Made by a program: the position numbers and the translations under genes | The notes under the pieces: model-generated | Database searches by the model: none | Told to the model about the DNA's origin: nothing | The model's input: the letters and a program-made list of their open reading frames with translations, nothing else | Assembly: GCA_963804995.1 (NCBI GenBank) | Contig: CAWDSK010000005.1 | Location: forward strand, 64,001-128,000 | DNA from: an uncultured Acidobacteriota bacterium | GTDB lineage: Bacteria; Acidobacteriota; Terriglobia; UBA7540 | Length of the DNA: 64,000 nucleotides | Reading direction: 5' to 3' | In this document: positions 1 to 11,611 of the stretch, one piece after another | How positions within the stretch are numbered: the first letter of the stretch is position 1 | Layout: every line of letters starts with the position of its first letter

Positions 1-208
1 CACCCCTCCTTAACTAAGGAGGGGAGTTCTTTAAAATGCTCCTCTCCACAGATGAGAACGTAGCGCCGCCCTATGGCGAGGTAAACTCGCCGCTACAAGC
101 TTAGACCGTACGACGACCCGCTCAGGTGATTGACTTCGGTTTGGGCTGGGCGTTAGAATAAAGTTTCCCTGTTGGCTTGCGTCGGGTACTTAGGAGGGAG
201 GCAAGTGG

Positions 209-1999
209 ATGTCCGGGGAGGATAACCATATCTTGCAGGAGACCGCAACTGACCAAGAACCGCAAATCGAGGTGAGCCCATCCCCTCCCAGCAACCCCGA
301 AGCGGGGGAGATGTCAAACCTGCTGGAAGGCATGGAGACGCTTGCGACATCCCCACTCACACCTGGAGAGGTTATACAAGGCAAGGTTCTCAAGGTGGGC
401 GAGGCTGAGGTTGTGGTTGACGTGGGGCTGAAGACGGAAGCCACCGTACCCATCGCCGAGTTCCAGAATAGTGAAGGCCAGCTCACCGTTGCTCCAGGCG
501 ATACCATTGACGTTCGGATTGAGCAATACGATGAGGTTTCAGGTCGGGTCTCGCTCTCTCACAAGAAGGCGGTTCGTCGAAAGGTCTGGGATGACATCGA
601 GCGCGCCTTCCAGGAACAGACCACAATTTCGGGGCGGGTTATTGACCGCATCAAAGGTGGGTTGAACGTCGATATTGGTGTCCCCGCCTTCCTGCCTGCT
701 TCGCACGCTGACATCCGGGCGCACAGTAATCTTGACACCTTGAAAGAGCAGGATTTTCCCTGCAAGGTTATCAAGATCAATCGCAAGCGGAACAACGTGG
801 TGGTCAGCCGGAAACTGGCGCTGGAGGAGGAGCACAATCGGCGCAAGGCTGAATTGGCGGAGCGCCTGGTAGAGGGCACCGAGTTGGTGGGGAAGGTCAA
901 GAGCATAGCCGATTATGGAGCTTTCGTTGACCTGGGCGGGATGGACGGCCTACTTCACATTACGGATCTCTCCTGGGGCCGGATCAGCAATCCTTCTGAA
1001 GTCGTGCAAGTGGGCCAGGAAATCCGCGTTAAGGTCCTGAAACACGATCTGGAAAAGGGACGGGTTTCGCTTGGCCTGAAGCAGTTGACACCCGATCCCT
1101 GGGAGATGGTGCCTCAAACCTACCAGGCGGGTGCGCATGTGACCGGCCGGGTGGTGAGCTTGACCGATTACGGCGCCTTTATAGAACTCGAACCCGGAGT
1201 GGAAGGGCTGATCCACATCTCCGAAATGAGTTGGAGTAAGCGCCTGCGGCATCCCTCAAAGATCCTCAACGTGGGGGATAAAGTCGACGTGGGGGTTCTG
1301 GAAGTGAACCTGCCCAAGCGGCGGATATCCCTAAGCCTGAAGGCGAGCTTGCCGGACCCCTGGACAACGGTAGGCGAGAAGTATGCCGTGGGCAGTGTGG
1401 TGCAAGGGCGCGTCCGGAACCTGACGGACTTTGGGGCTTTCGTCGAGGTTGAAGATGGGGTGGATGGCTTGATTCATCTCGCCAACATTTCCTGGAATCG
1501 CAACATCAAGCACCCGTCGGAAGTCCTGAAAAAGGGGCAGAAAGTGGATGCCGTCATACTCGCTTTGGATCCGGAGAAGCGGCGGCTGGCCCTGGGCCTG
1601 AAACAACTGGAAGAGGATCCCTGGCAGACCTTCTTCGCTAATGCGCATGTGGGCGACAAGGTGCGAGGCAAGGTTTCTCGAAATGTTTCCTTTGGAGTGT
1701 TCGTCGAACTCGAAAAGGGAATCGAGGGCCTGTGCCACATTTCGGAAATAGAAGACGGTCATGTCGGTGCCGGGGTGCCCAAGTTGGAAGAGGGAAGTGA
1801 GCACGAGTTCCGAGTCATCCGTCTGAATCCGGGAGACCGGAAAATTGCTTTGAGCATGAAAGAACCTGTAGTCGCGCCTCCGCCGCCTCCGCCGGAAGCC
1901 GTCAAACCGAAAGAACCGGTGAGACTTTCCACCATGGCGGAAGCCCTGTCATCTGCCGGCATCACTTTTGTCGAGTCCCCGCCGGCCAGGGAGGCGTGA
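209..1999 (+). CDS. rpsA: 30S ribosomal protein S1
   Basis: Tandem S1 repeats (YGAFVDLGGMDGLLHITDLSW, FGAFVEVEDGVDGLIH); GGAGG RBS upstream. Confidence 0.97.
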   Translation: MSGEDNHILQETATDQEPQIEVSPSPPSNPEAGEMSNLLEGMETLATSPLTPGEVIQGKVLKVGEAEVVVDVGLKTEATVPIAEFQNSEGQLTVAPGDTIDVRIEQYDEVSGRVSLSHKKAVRRKVWDDIERAFQEQTTISGRVIDRIKGGLNVDIGVPAFLPASHADIRAHSNLDTLKEQDFPCKVIKINRKRNNVVVSRKLALEEEHNRRKAELAERLVEGTELVGKVKSIADYGAFVDLGGMDGLLHITDLSWGRISNPSEVVQVGQEIRVKVLKHDLEKGRVSLGLKQLTPDPWEMVPQTYQAGAHVTGRVVSLTDYGAFIELEPGVEGLIHISEMSWSKRLRHPSKILNVGDKVDVGVLEVNLPKRRISLSLKASLPDPWTTVGEKYAVGSVVQGRVRNLTDFGAFVEVEDGVDGLIHLANISWNRNIKHPSEVLKKGQKVDAVILALDPEKRRLALGLKQLEEDPWQTFFANAHVGDKVRGKVSRNVSFGVFVELEKGIEGLCHISEIEDGHVGAGVPKLEEGSEHEFRVIRLNPGDRKIALSMKEPVVAPPPPPPEAVKPKEPVRLSTMAEALSSAGITFVESPPAREA

Positions 2000-2147
2000 G
2001 TTCAGGGGAACTGCAGGGCATACTTCTCAAAAGGGATGGCACCAAGGACGAGCGGGGCCAGGTTCGACCCTGCGGGGAAGGTGCTGAGGTCACAAGAGCC
2101 GAGCGAACTGCCGGAAGCACGATGAAACCTCGGACCAGGAGATTATT

Positions 2148-2492
2148 ATGACGAAAGCTGAGCTGATTGAAGACGTTTCGCGGGTAGTGGCCATGAGCCG
2201 TAAGGACTCCGAAATCATGGTGGAGACTATCTTTGATAGTATTGTCAAGTCACTGAAGGCCGGAGACAAGATCGAAATTCGAGGTTTTGGAAGCTTCCGC
2301 ACCCGCCAGCGCAAGCCGCGCATCGGCCGGAATCCCAAGACCGGAGCGCGGGTGGATGTCCCTGCGAAGAAAATCCCCTACTTTAAACCCAGCAAGGAGT
2401 TGAAGGACCTCGTCAACAGTTCCCAGTCCACGGAGAGTGCACCGGCCCCGGCAGCTCCCCCACCCGCGGCTTCGGAGCCCGCTGCGTCTTAA
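2148..2492 (+). CDS. ihfB: HU/IHF-family DNA-binding protein (IHF beta-like) with Pro/Ala-rich tail
   Basis: MTKAELIE...IEIRGFGSF...GRNPKTG...FKPSKELK; follows rpsA. Confidence 0.85.
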   Translation: MTKAELIEDVSRVVAMSRKDSEIMVETIFDSIVKSLKAGDKIEIRGFGSFRTRQRKPRIGRNPKTGARVDVPAKKIPYFKPSKELKDLVNSSQSTESAPAPAAPPPAASEPAAS

Positions 2493-2525
2493 GGGTTCCT
2501 GTCCCCCGTGCGGCCATTGGAATTT

Positions 2526-3021
2526 ATGGATTACTTGTGGAGTCCCTGGAGATACCGGTACGTCAGCCAGGTCGACAAGGTTGGAGGCTGCCTGTTCTGC
2601 GAGAAGGCAGCGCTCGAATCCCTCCCACGACCGGGAAGAACTGGTCCTGCACCGGGGACGGCTTAACTTTGTTCTGCTCAACCTCTATCCTTACACCACG
2701 GGTCACGTGATGATCTCCCCTTACGCCCATGTGGCCCAGCTCGATCAATTGACCGAGGAAGCCCTGGCAGAGATGATGGGATTGGCCCAGAGACTTCAGA
2801 CGTCATTAAAGAATTGCTATAACCCCGAAGGGTATAATCTCGGAATGAATTTAGGAAAATGCGCGGGGGCGGGGGTGGCCGATCACCTGCACCTCCACTT
2901 GCTGCCGCGTTGGACGGGCGACTCAAATTTCATGACCGTGGTGGGCGAGACGCGCGTGCAGCCGGAGGACCTTCTCGCCACCTACGACAAGCTCGCAGCT
3001 TTCCTTCCACGGACCAAGTGA
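2526..3021 (+). CDS. HIT family hydrolase, with a +1 frameshift at ~2617
   Basis: ATG 2526 reads MDYLWSPWRYRY...CLFCEKAAL; the next frame continues with NLYPYTTGHVM and HLHLHLLPRW. Removing one A at 2617-18 gives a continuous ORF. Confidence 0.88.
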
Positions 3022-3123
3022 ATAGCCGCCGGATTTGCCTGTGCTGCCAGGGGAGAGGCGCGGGAGTGTCGTCGGGTGCGGACGTTCCAGATCCAGGCGG
3101 CTCGCACCGGGATGATGGTGAGA

Positions 3124-4329
3124 TTACGACTTGGCAGACTTCGACGAATCCTCCTGGGGATGATCGATGGCAGCGGCCACGCCGATGCCGGAAGTGCGAT
3201 GGTCTTGGCCACCGCCCACCTTCTTTTGGCGCACCGCGCGGGCCACGAAGTTCATTCTTAAATCACCCTGATGCGTGATTTCGTTGGGGAGGGTCATTTC
3301 CAATTGCAAGGGTTCGTTGGTAAGAACCTCGCTGGGAACCATGAAATAGATTCCCGTCTTGGAGATATCCTTCGCCCACCCTTTCGCTTCGCAGGGTTTT
3401 CCCCCAGCGTCGCGCCACATCACACGCACCGGTAATTCCAGGTGGAAGCGGTGGTTGGTGCGGCGCTCGGTACCACCGATGGCCATGGTATTGGTGATGG
3501 CACAGTCCGGAAGGTGGATCGTCAGGCCTTCGTTGGCGCCCCAAACATTCGTGAACTCCTTCCGGGCCCGAGTCACCAAACCATCAACGTAGGCGTCGTC
3601 ACTGTCCGGGTCATGGTGAAAAAGGATCAAGTGTTTCACATTGCACTCCTGCGCAATGCGCACCCCTTCCAGCCACGAGCTGTGCCCCCAGCCTTTCTTT
3701 TCACCAGACAATTGCTCGGGGGTATATTGGGCGTCGTAAACCATGACGTCGGCATCGCGGGCCAGCTTGCGAACGTTTCGATCGTGAACGGGTGACCCTG
3801 GCTCGTTATCGGTGGCGAGGACGAAGATTCCGTCATCCGCTTCAATCCGGTATCCCACACATCCCTGCGGGTGGTTCAAGGAAGCAAACTTCAGAATGGC
3901 TCCGTCAATGCTGACCTGCTTCTTATCCAGGTTAAGAAATCGGCGACGGGCGCTCATGGCTCCCATTTTTACGGGGAAATAGGGATTCGCCATCTGCCCT
4001 TCAATAGCTTCCTTCAGTCGCGATCCTTTCCCCAGGACAGAGTGAAATTGGACGGTATTTCCACTGTGGTAGAGGGGCAGGAAGAAGGGAATACCCTGGA
4101 TGTGGTCCCAATGAAAGTGGGTGAGAAAGACGGAGGCCTGAATCGGCCGCTCCCCGAATTCACCCAGCAGGCTCTTCCCCAATCCCCGCAGGCCGCTCCC
4201 GCAATCCAGGATAATCAGGGAATCGTTGGCCAAGCGAACTTCCAGGCAACAGGTGTTGCCGCCGTAGCGGGAGTTGCGGGGATCAGGCGTCGGCGTGGAA
4301 CCGCGCACCCCCCAGAGCCGAATTCGCAT
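3124..4329 (-). CDS. Metallo-beta-lactamase-fold hydrolase fused to a C-terminal PilZ domain
   Basis: WGVRGS, YGGNT, THFHWDHIQG, GWGHS, LFHHDP; C-terminal ERRTNHRF (RxxxR) and DISKTG (DxSxxG). Confidence 0.85.
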   Translation of the reverse strand: MRIRLWGVRGSTPTPDPRNSRYGGNTCCLEVRLANDSLIILDCGSGLRGLGKSLLGEFGERPIQASVFLTHFHWDHIQGIPFFLPLYHSGNTVQFHSVLGKGSRLKEAIEGQMANPYFPVKMGAMSARRRFLNLDKKQVSIDGAILKFASLNHPQGCVGYRIEADDGIFVLATDNEPGSPVHDRNVRKLARDADVMVYDAQYTPEQLSGEKKGWGHSSWLEGVRIAQECNVKHLILFHHDPDSDDAYVDGLVTRARKEFTNVWGANEGLTIHLPDCAITNTMAIGGTERRTNHRFHLELPVRVMWRDAGGKPCEAKGWAKDISKTGIYFMVPSEVLTNEPLQLEMTLPNEITHQGDLRMNFVARAVRQKKVGGGQDHRTSGIGVAAAIDHPQEDSSKSAKS

Positions 4330-4544
4330 ATCGCACCACCGCGTCCTAAATAGACTGCACTTCCACTTGTGACATTGTCCTCCGGCTTCTGAAGGGCAAT
4401 GTGAGTCGTAGATGGAGCGCCAAAGGCAATAGCAAATACAGTAGATTCACACTACCAAAACCTCTCTGCAATGTCCATCCCCACCTGGTGATTTTCAAGG
4501 CCGGATGTCAACGCAGTCGTTGTATTCAGTTGGTCATTTAACTT

Positions 4545-5735
4545 TTGGCTACTTGCCTTGACCCTGACTTCCCTCCACCGCTAGAATCCCCATCGGTAGG
4601 GCGGGGCATGCATCTCCACAATTCTGCGGATTTCGACGCCGGGGCTGATTCGAAGCCGTTTTTCGAATCGCTTTCCTCGCAGCCTGCGGTCTTTGCCTTG
4701 TTTCCCGCTTCCCGTGACGGGCTTGCTTCCACACCCTATCTGGGCCGGACGCGCGATCTGCGACGCCGTCTCACCCGCTTGCTTTCTCCCAAGCGCGCCG
4801 GTTCCCGGATGCTGAACCTGCGGGAACTGACTTCCCGCATCGAATATGAAACGGTGGGCTCGGCGTTTGAAGGCCTGTGGCTGCTCTATCGCATGAACCG
4901 GCATTACTTTCCTCGGCAATACCGCGAGCGGCTGCGTCTGAAGTCCCCGGCGTTGCTGAAGCTGAAAATGCGGAATCGCTTCCCGCGCTGCTATCCCACC
5001 CGGCGGCTGGTTAACGACGGCTCGCATTACTATGGTCCCTTTCAATCGCCGCTCGCGGCGGAGCGCTTTGCCGCGGAGTTTCTGGATTTCTTCAAAATCC
5101 GCCGCTGCGTGGAAGATCTGGACCCCGATCCTTCCCACCCCGGCTGTCTCTACTCGCAGCTCCACATGTGTCTCGCGCCCTGTTTTGCCGGGTGTACGGA
5201 TGATGCGTACCAGGGTGAGGTCAAGCGTGTGGTCGAGTTCCTGGATACTCAAGGCAAATCGCTGCTCCACACTCTTGAAGCGGAGCGCACCCAGGCTTCA
5301 GAAGCGCTCGAATTCGAGCAAGCCGCAAAGATCCACCGCCGCATAGAGAAAGCGAATGAACTGCTTCGCCAACGGTCTGACCTCGCGCGAAACCTGCGTG
5401 ATCTCCACGCCGTGATGGTCTTGAAGGGCGCGGAAACGAAGTCCGTGGTTTTCTTTCGGGTGATCCACGGGGAGATTCGCGGTCCCGCCTCGCTATCGCT
5501 GGATGAAAATATCCCGTCTCCCACTCCTCTGGACCAGCAACTCCACAGTTTATTGGAATCGTTGAATCAGCCAGTCCCCCTGACCTTGCCCCCCTGGGAG
5601 CACCTGAGCCTGCTGGCGCGCTGGTATTACAGCAGCTTCCGCGAAGGCGAACTGGTGATGCTGAACCCGAACCAGGTGATGCCCCACGCGCGGTTGATCC
5701 GTGTCTGCCGCAAAGTCCTTGTGGTTCCCGATTGA
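4545..5735 (+). CDS. UvrC N-terminal/Cho-like nuclease (degenerate GIY-YIG, Cys cluster, UVR coiled coil); start may be 4608
   Basis: PYLGRTRDLRRRL, YYGPF, IRRC...GCLY...CLAPC, ASEALEFEQAAKI. Confidence 0.75.
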   Translation: MATCLDPDFPPPLESPSVGRGMHLHNSADFDAGADSKPFFESLSSQPAVFALFPASRDGLASTPYLGRTRDLRRRLTRLLSPKRAGSRMLNLRELTSRIEYETVGSAFEGLWLLYRMNRHYFPRQYRERLRLKSPALLKLKMRNRFPRCYPTRRLVNDGSHYYGPFQSPLAAERFAAEFLDFFKIRRCVEDLDPDPSHPGCLYSQLHMCLAPCFAGCTDDAYQGEVKRVVEFLDTQGKSLLHTLEAERTQASEALEFEQAAKIHRRIEKANELLRQRSDLARNLRDLHAVMVLKGAETKSVVFFRVIHGEIRGPASLSLDENIPSPTPLDQQLHSLLESLNQPVPLTLPPWEHLSLLARWYYSSFREGELVMLNPNQVMPHARLIRVCRKVLVVPD

Positions 5736-5822
5736 CCCCAAACAACTGACGGCTGAACACTGCCCTCCTCCGTTTGACTGGCGCTCGCGCTACGCCTAGA
5801 ATGAACTGCGGACGAACCACAA

Positions 5823-8322
5823 ATGCCCAACCAGTTTCTGTCCATAACTTCGGTGCCACCGGGTCGCGAACCGCCTCCCTCCGCAAGCAGCCGGAGGATA
5901 TTTGGCCAGTTTGTATTCCTAATCCTGGTATTACTCTCCGCAGGGATTGGGGCGCTGGGCGGCCTGGTCTTTGTCTATTCTTCCGACCTCCCCAAGGTGC
6001 GTGAGCTGGAAGACTACCGGCCCGAACGTCATGACGGAGGTGTTTGCCGACAACGGAACAGCCATCGGCAGCTTTGCGCTGGAGCACCGGGTCATCGTGA
6101 CTTACTCCCAGATCCCTCCCGTCCTCCGCAACGCCGTGATTTCCATCGAGGACCGGCATTTTGAGAGCCACTGGGGGGTTGACATCCTGAGGATCATCCG
6201 CGCCGGGGTCAAGGACGTGCTGGAGTGGCGCAAAGCACAGGGGGCGAGCACCCTGACCCAACAACTCAGCCGCATGCTGTTCCTCACACCCGACAAGAGG
6301 TTCCGCAGAAAAATCCAGGAAGTCCTGCTGGCTATCCAGATCGAGCGGTACTTCACCAAATCCCAGATCTTCACGATGTACGCGAACCAGGTTGATCTGG
6401 GGCACGGGAACTTCGGCTTCGCGGCCGCCGCCCAGTTCTATTTCGGCAAGCGGCTGGAGCAGTTAACTCTTCCCGAAGCGGCCTTACTGGCGGGTATCCC
6501 ACGCTCTCCGAGCGCTTACTCGCCGATCTTGCATCCTGACTCAGCACGCCGGCGGCGCAATCAGGTGCTGCTCGCCATGCTCGAAAATGGGAAGATTAAC
6601 TCTACCGACCTGCACCAGGCTTCCGCTGCTCCCCTGGGGCTGAATATCCAACGCTGGAATTACACCGTGGCCCCCTACTTTGTGGAGGAAGTGCGCCAAT
6701 TTCTGGAGAGGAAATACGGGCCGGAGGCCGTGCGCGAACAAGGGCTGCGGGTCTATACGAGCCTCAACATCAAGATGCAGCAGGTCGCCGAGGATACCCT
6801 GGAGAAGGGCCTGCGCGACAACAACAAACGGCGCGGCTGGCGCGGTCCTGATACCAACATCTTGAAGGACCCCCTCACGACGCCTGAGGGTGTACCCATT
6901 AGTCTCGAAACCTATGTCGACGGGGATTGGAAGAAGCCTCTGGCGGCTGGCGAATTGGTGCGCGGCCTGATCATGGAGGTGAAAGCGGATCACGCCGTAG
7001 TTCGCTTCAATGAGCTGCTGGCGCGCGTGACGGCTCCGGATTTTGCCTGGACCAACCAGAAACTGCCGGCTGATGTTTTTGCTCCCGGCGATGTCGACGT
7101 GTTTCAAATCAAGGAAATCAAAGGGGCCTCTCTCAAGGTAACGCTTGATCAGGAACCCGATGTGCAGGGCGCTCTACTGGCCATCGACAACCTCACAGGC
7201 GAGATCAAAGCCATGGTGGGAGGCTATGACTGGACGGAGAGCAAATACAACCGGGCGGTCCAGGCGGAACGCCAGGTTGGTTCCTCTTTCAAAGTTTACG
7301 TTTACACACAGGCGGTAATGGATGGTCTATCGCCCTTCGACACCGTTCTGGACGCCCCCGTCAGCTACCACACGTCTTCTGGTATGTGGGCCCCTCACAA
7401 CTATGACGAGAAATTCGAGGGGAACATTACGATTCTGCACGCCTTGGCCGAGTCTCGGAACGTCCCGGCGGTCCGCACCCTTGCCAAAATCGGAGTGGAC
7501 AAGGTCATCAAGCTCTGTCGCAAGTTTGGGATCACGTCGCGGCTGGTTCCGAACCTGCCGCTCGCCCTGGGCGCTTCTGACTTGACCCTGCTCGAACACA
7601 CCTCCGCCTTTACCACATTTCCCAACGACGGCGTCCACATGACGCCGCGCATGGTCACCCGGGTCACCAACTACGACGGGCGGGTCATCGATGATTTCCC
7701 GCCGGAAGTCGTGGACGTCATTCCCGCGCCCACGGCCCGCCTCATGGTGTCCATGCTGCGCGAAGTTTTTAACTCCGGCACGGCTACGCGCGGAAAGCCC
7801 TTCGCCACCAAGTACCCCGTGGCGGGAAAAACCGGAACCACCAACGACTTCACCGACGCCTGGTTCCTGGGTTTCTCGCCTTCCCTGACCAGCGGTGTTT
7901 ACGTGGGGTTTGACGATCATCGTACGCTCGGCGAGAAAGAGGAAGGCGCCCGCGTGGCCTTGCCGATTTGGTTGGATTTCATGGGAGCGGTCTTGAAAGA
8001 TAGGCCTGCTGAGGACTTCCCGCATTCCCCGCTCCTGACAAAGCCGGACCAGGTAAAGGAAATCCTGGCCAGCGCCGCCCCTGAACGCCTGCTGGCTCCG
8101 GAGTCGGCTGCTACGGCGACCGCAGTTGTGAATCACCCCGCCCCCCAGACCAATCCTCCCGCTCCGCCACCTCCCGAAACCACGCCCGCCAAGCCGAGCG
8201 TGATTCCCGCGGAAACACCCAAGAAGGATGTTGGGAATCCCAAACTGCCTGTAATTGCGCCGCCCGCGGCTCCCTCCGGCCCCGTGGCGAAGGGCACAAC
8301 CCCTGATTCTGGAAGGCCGTAG
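5823..8322 (+). CDS. mrcA: Class A penicillin-binding protein 1A, with a +1 frameshift at ~6025
   Basis: N-terminal TM helix in the 5823 frame; EDRHF, QGASTLTQQL, SSFK, SRN and KTG motifs in the next frame. Confidence 0.88.
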
Positions 8323-8408
8323 GTATACAGAGCGACATGAATTGTGACGGTGCTCTAAGCGCCCCGACCGGCGGTCGTAGACCGAGCTTGTCCGCGAGCC
8401 GCCCCTAG

Positions 8409-10424
8409 CCGAACTTTCGCACTTCAGGGTGTTGAGTTGGGTTAACTCGCTTCTTTTCAGTACAGGCATTGCCAAGGTCTGGCCTACAAACGCAGCATTC
8501 CAGCAGGAAAGATTTCCGGCTGGACCGTGATCCTGGGCGGTGGCTGAGTGGGGAGCACGAGCTGCAGTTCGTGCAACAGGAGCTTTTGTTCGGGTGTCGG
8601 CTCGGTGTAGCGGGGCATCACTAATCGGCGCCCATCCGTGGTCGGGAAAGACACATCGAGCATCTGCATGCCCGCCAGCTTCTCCAGCACCGCTTTCGGC
8701 GTCAGGCCCGGAGCGTGGGCCTGCAGACGCTGTTTCAGCGTCACCCACAAGCCGTACGCCAGAAAGGCAATGAGGATGTGGGCCTCGAACGCGATGTTCT
8801 ATTTGATGATAAATCGGCCGAATTCCCAGCTCACTCTTCAAACACTTAAAGGCCGCTTCGATCTGCGCCAGTTGCATGTAGCGGTCCCACAACACCTCGG
8901 GATTTTCCCCCGTCAGATTGGTGCGCAACAGATAATGTCCATCGCGCCGCTCCGCTTCCTCCAACTTGCTGCGCTCGAGCCGGAACTGGAAGGTCTGGCG
9001 AGTCACTTCTTCCTGGGCCTTGGGCACGCTGATCTTCACGAAACCGAAGGCCCGTCCGGCTTCACTCTTGGCTGCTCCGATCTTCATCAGCAACGCATCA
9101 CGCGTCGGACACACGCGCCGCAAGGCCCGCAGCCTCCACAACAGCCGTGCCAGCTTGCGTCGACGGATGGCCATCTCTTTCGCCTGGCGGCCTGCGCTCT
9201 TCGCCAGCACATACAACTCGCCTTCCTCCGCGAACAGTTTCACCTCTACCGACTCGCGCACCTTCCGCCACGGCAGTTCCGTCCACTTCGCTTCGTACTG
9301 CCGGATCTTGCCCCGTGGCGTCCCCACCAGGTAAAACATCTCCCGCCCCGGGGTGCGCATCTCCGCCAGCAGTTCTTCACTGGGAACTCCCCGATCCATC
9401 ATCCACACCCGCCGTGCCTTGCCGTACACGCTCTCGATCTTGTCCAGAAAACCGCGCAAGCTGTTCCGGTCGGAAGTATTCCCCTCCATCACTTCGTAGG
9501 CCAGCGGGAAACCTTCCGGCGTCAGCACCAGGGCGATCACCACCTGCCGACAGTCGAACCGCCCGTCCCGGCTGTAACCGTGGCGGGCTTTGGGAATCGC
9601 TTCCGCCTCTCCTTCCACATAGGTGCTGGTGAGATCGTAGAGGAGCAGATCAAAGCGCGCCGCAAAGAGGTCTTGCCACCGCAGCCGCAGGTGCTGGAAC
9701 AACTCCGCCTTGTGCGCCAGTATTCGATCCAGACAACGATAGAGCCGGTCCTTCTCGGCCACCGCGAAGTTCACTGCCAGCAACTCGGCCATGGCGGTCT
9801 GATCGAACCAGTGCCGATGCACACGGAATTCGCTGCCCGGCTCGATCAACCGGTTCACCACCAGCAGCCGTAGCACCTTCTCCCACGGAACTCCCTCGCG
9901 CCCTTCCGGCAACCTCGCCTGCCAGAACTCGTCCAGCTTCAACTGGCGCCACAGCTCGCAGCCCAACCAACAGCCACCGAAGGTGCGCGGCCGCTCAACG
10001 CGCATTTCACTCAACTTCACTTGTACGCCGTCCACAGCATCCGCAGGAAGTTCGCGGTCCTCCGGGAAGAGGCTCAGGGACGCGAGGACGCGACGGTCCT
10101 CGTCAAAAACCTCCAGCGTCTTGCGCCACGCGGATTGTTGGCTGTCGTTGATTTCGCCCAGATACAGCACCGTCCGATGCACGACCTTCGAGCGCGACAC
10201 GCGCCGACTCTCGACGATGCTGAAATAACGATGTTCCTTGCCGTCCTTTTTGCGTCGATGAATCTTCAGGTGCACGCCCCAGAATGCCAGACCTTCGCGC
10301 CCCAGAAAAGAGGGTAGGTCGGGCCTACAAGCACTCTTCAACCCGCGCCCATTGAAGGCAAAGACCTTGTGCACCGCAAGCTGCCAAAATCAGCCCGGTA
10401 GCGGGTGGAAGTGCGAAAGGCAGG
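8409..10424 (-). mobile_element. IS1634-family insertion sequence
   Basis: Imperfect inverted ends CCGAACTTTCGCACTTC / GAAGTGCGAAAGGCAGG, flanked by CTAG at 8405-08 and 10425-28; encloses a DDE transposase. Confidence 0.88.
8484..10275 (-). CDS. IS1634-family transposase, with a +1 frameshift at ~8788
   Basis: MHLKIHRRKKDGKEHRYFSIVES, LLYDLTSTY, GYSRDGR, MDRG, IEAAFKCLKSEL; the C-terminus continues in the 8484..8750 frame. Confidence 0.88.
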
Positions 10425-10428
10425 CTAG

Positions 10429-10538
10429 GAGCCTGTCGGAGATAGATTTCGTTGTACGTAGAATCAACAACTTAGCGAGATTCAAGTGTCTGTAAGTTAT
10501 TGATTCTTCGTTGACAAACTGTTATCTCCGACACGCTC
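10429..10538. mobile_element. MITE-like non-autonomous element (110 bp)
   Basis: TIRs GAGCCTGTCGGAGATA / TATCTCCGACACGCTC; CTAG on both sides; two inverted WATCAANNNNTTR sites inside. Confidence 0.75.
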
Positions 10539-10594
10539 CTAGGAAGGGAAGAAGTTCTGCCGGCGCACATCACATTACCAACGTTCCGCGCGCA

Positions 10595-11611
10595 TTAATG
10601 TTGCGTGAAGTGGTCGTATCCGTGGGGTTCGAGGGTGAGCCTCTTGCCGCTTGCAGCGATCAGGTCAAGCCGGCGGGAGGCGCGGATCTCTCCGATGCAG
10701 TGCAAGGGGAGTCTCCCGAAGTGATTGGGAATCTGTGCCGCTTTCGCGGGTGGGACGGTGAAAAGCAATTGATAGTCTTCGCCTCCATCGAGCGCCAACT
10801 GCAACGCCTCGGCCTTGTCGGTGAGCGGGGAAGTTGGAATCCGCTCCGCGAACAAGCGCGCTCCCACGCCGCTCGAAGCGCAGAGCCGCGCGAGGTCCAG
10901 AGAAAGCCCGTCGCTCAAGTCCATCAGCGCCGAGGCCCAACCTTTCTCAGAGAGCAATCGGCCCAGCGCACATTGGGGCATAGGGAAGAGGTGCGCCCGG
11001 ATGGCAGCCTTCTGCGCGGGCTTGGTGCTTCGCCTCCGCGATGGCAACAACCGTAGCCCCAGGGCGGAAAGACCCAAGCGCCCGCTGACAAAGATCTGGT
11101 CGCCGGGCCGGGCGCCGGAGCGGCGTAGAGCTTTGCCCCGCGGGACCTCGCCAGCTACCATCACGTCAATCATGGCAGGGCCGCGGGTGACCGCGGTGTC
11201 CCCCCCAATCACCGCCACGCCAAAGCGCCGGGCAAGAGACTGTAATCCTTTAAAGAACCCTTCCATCCAGACGCGCGTGGTGCGCTCCGGCATGGCCAGC
11301 GAAATCAGGGCGTAGCGTGGCGTTCCACCCATGGCGGCAATGTCGCTCAAGGAACGGGCGAGGGCGCGGTGCCCTACTGCCGGCGCGGGATGAAGGGCGG
11401 CCGTGAAGTGCACACCCTCGATGGACATGTCCGTGGTGAGGATCAGTTCTTGTCCAGAAGGGACTTCCACCAGCGCGGCGTCATCGCCAATGCCTAGGTT
11501 CAGGCCCGGTGCCTTCTGGGCAGTCTGGCGCCTGACCCAGGCAATGAATTCGGCCTCGCTTCGGAAATTGGCTTTGTTGCGCATGGCAATTCTGAGTTTC
11601 GGGTTCGCCAC
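10595..11611 (-). CDS. thiL: Thiamine-monophosphate kinase
   Basis: GIGDDAA, EGVHF, SDIAAMGG, IGGDT, DLSDGL, GGEDYQL, GYDHF; the true start may be slightly downstream. Confidence 0.93.
   Translation of the reverse strand: MANPKLRIAMRNKANFRSEAEFIAWVRRQTAQKAPGLNLGIGDDAALVEVPSGQELILTTDMSIEGVHFTAALHPAPAVGHRALARSLSDIAAMGGTPRYALISLAMPERTTRVWMEGFFKGLQSLARRFGVAVIGGDTAVTRGPAMIDVMVAGEVPRGKALRRSGARPGDQIFVSGRLGLSALGLRLLPSRRRSTKPAQKAAIRAHLFPMPQCALGRLLSEKGWASALMDLSDGLSLDLARLCASSGVGARLFAERIPTSPLTDKAEALQLALDGGEDYQLLFTVPPAKAAQIPNHFGRLPLHCIGEIRASRRLDLIAASGKRLTLEPHGYDHFTQH

Noticed and set aside
7327..10374. 1015-aa ORF in the track
   Set aside because: Artifact of the transposase frameshift running on antisense to PBP1A; the real CDS is 8484-10275.
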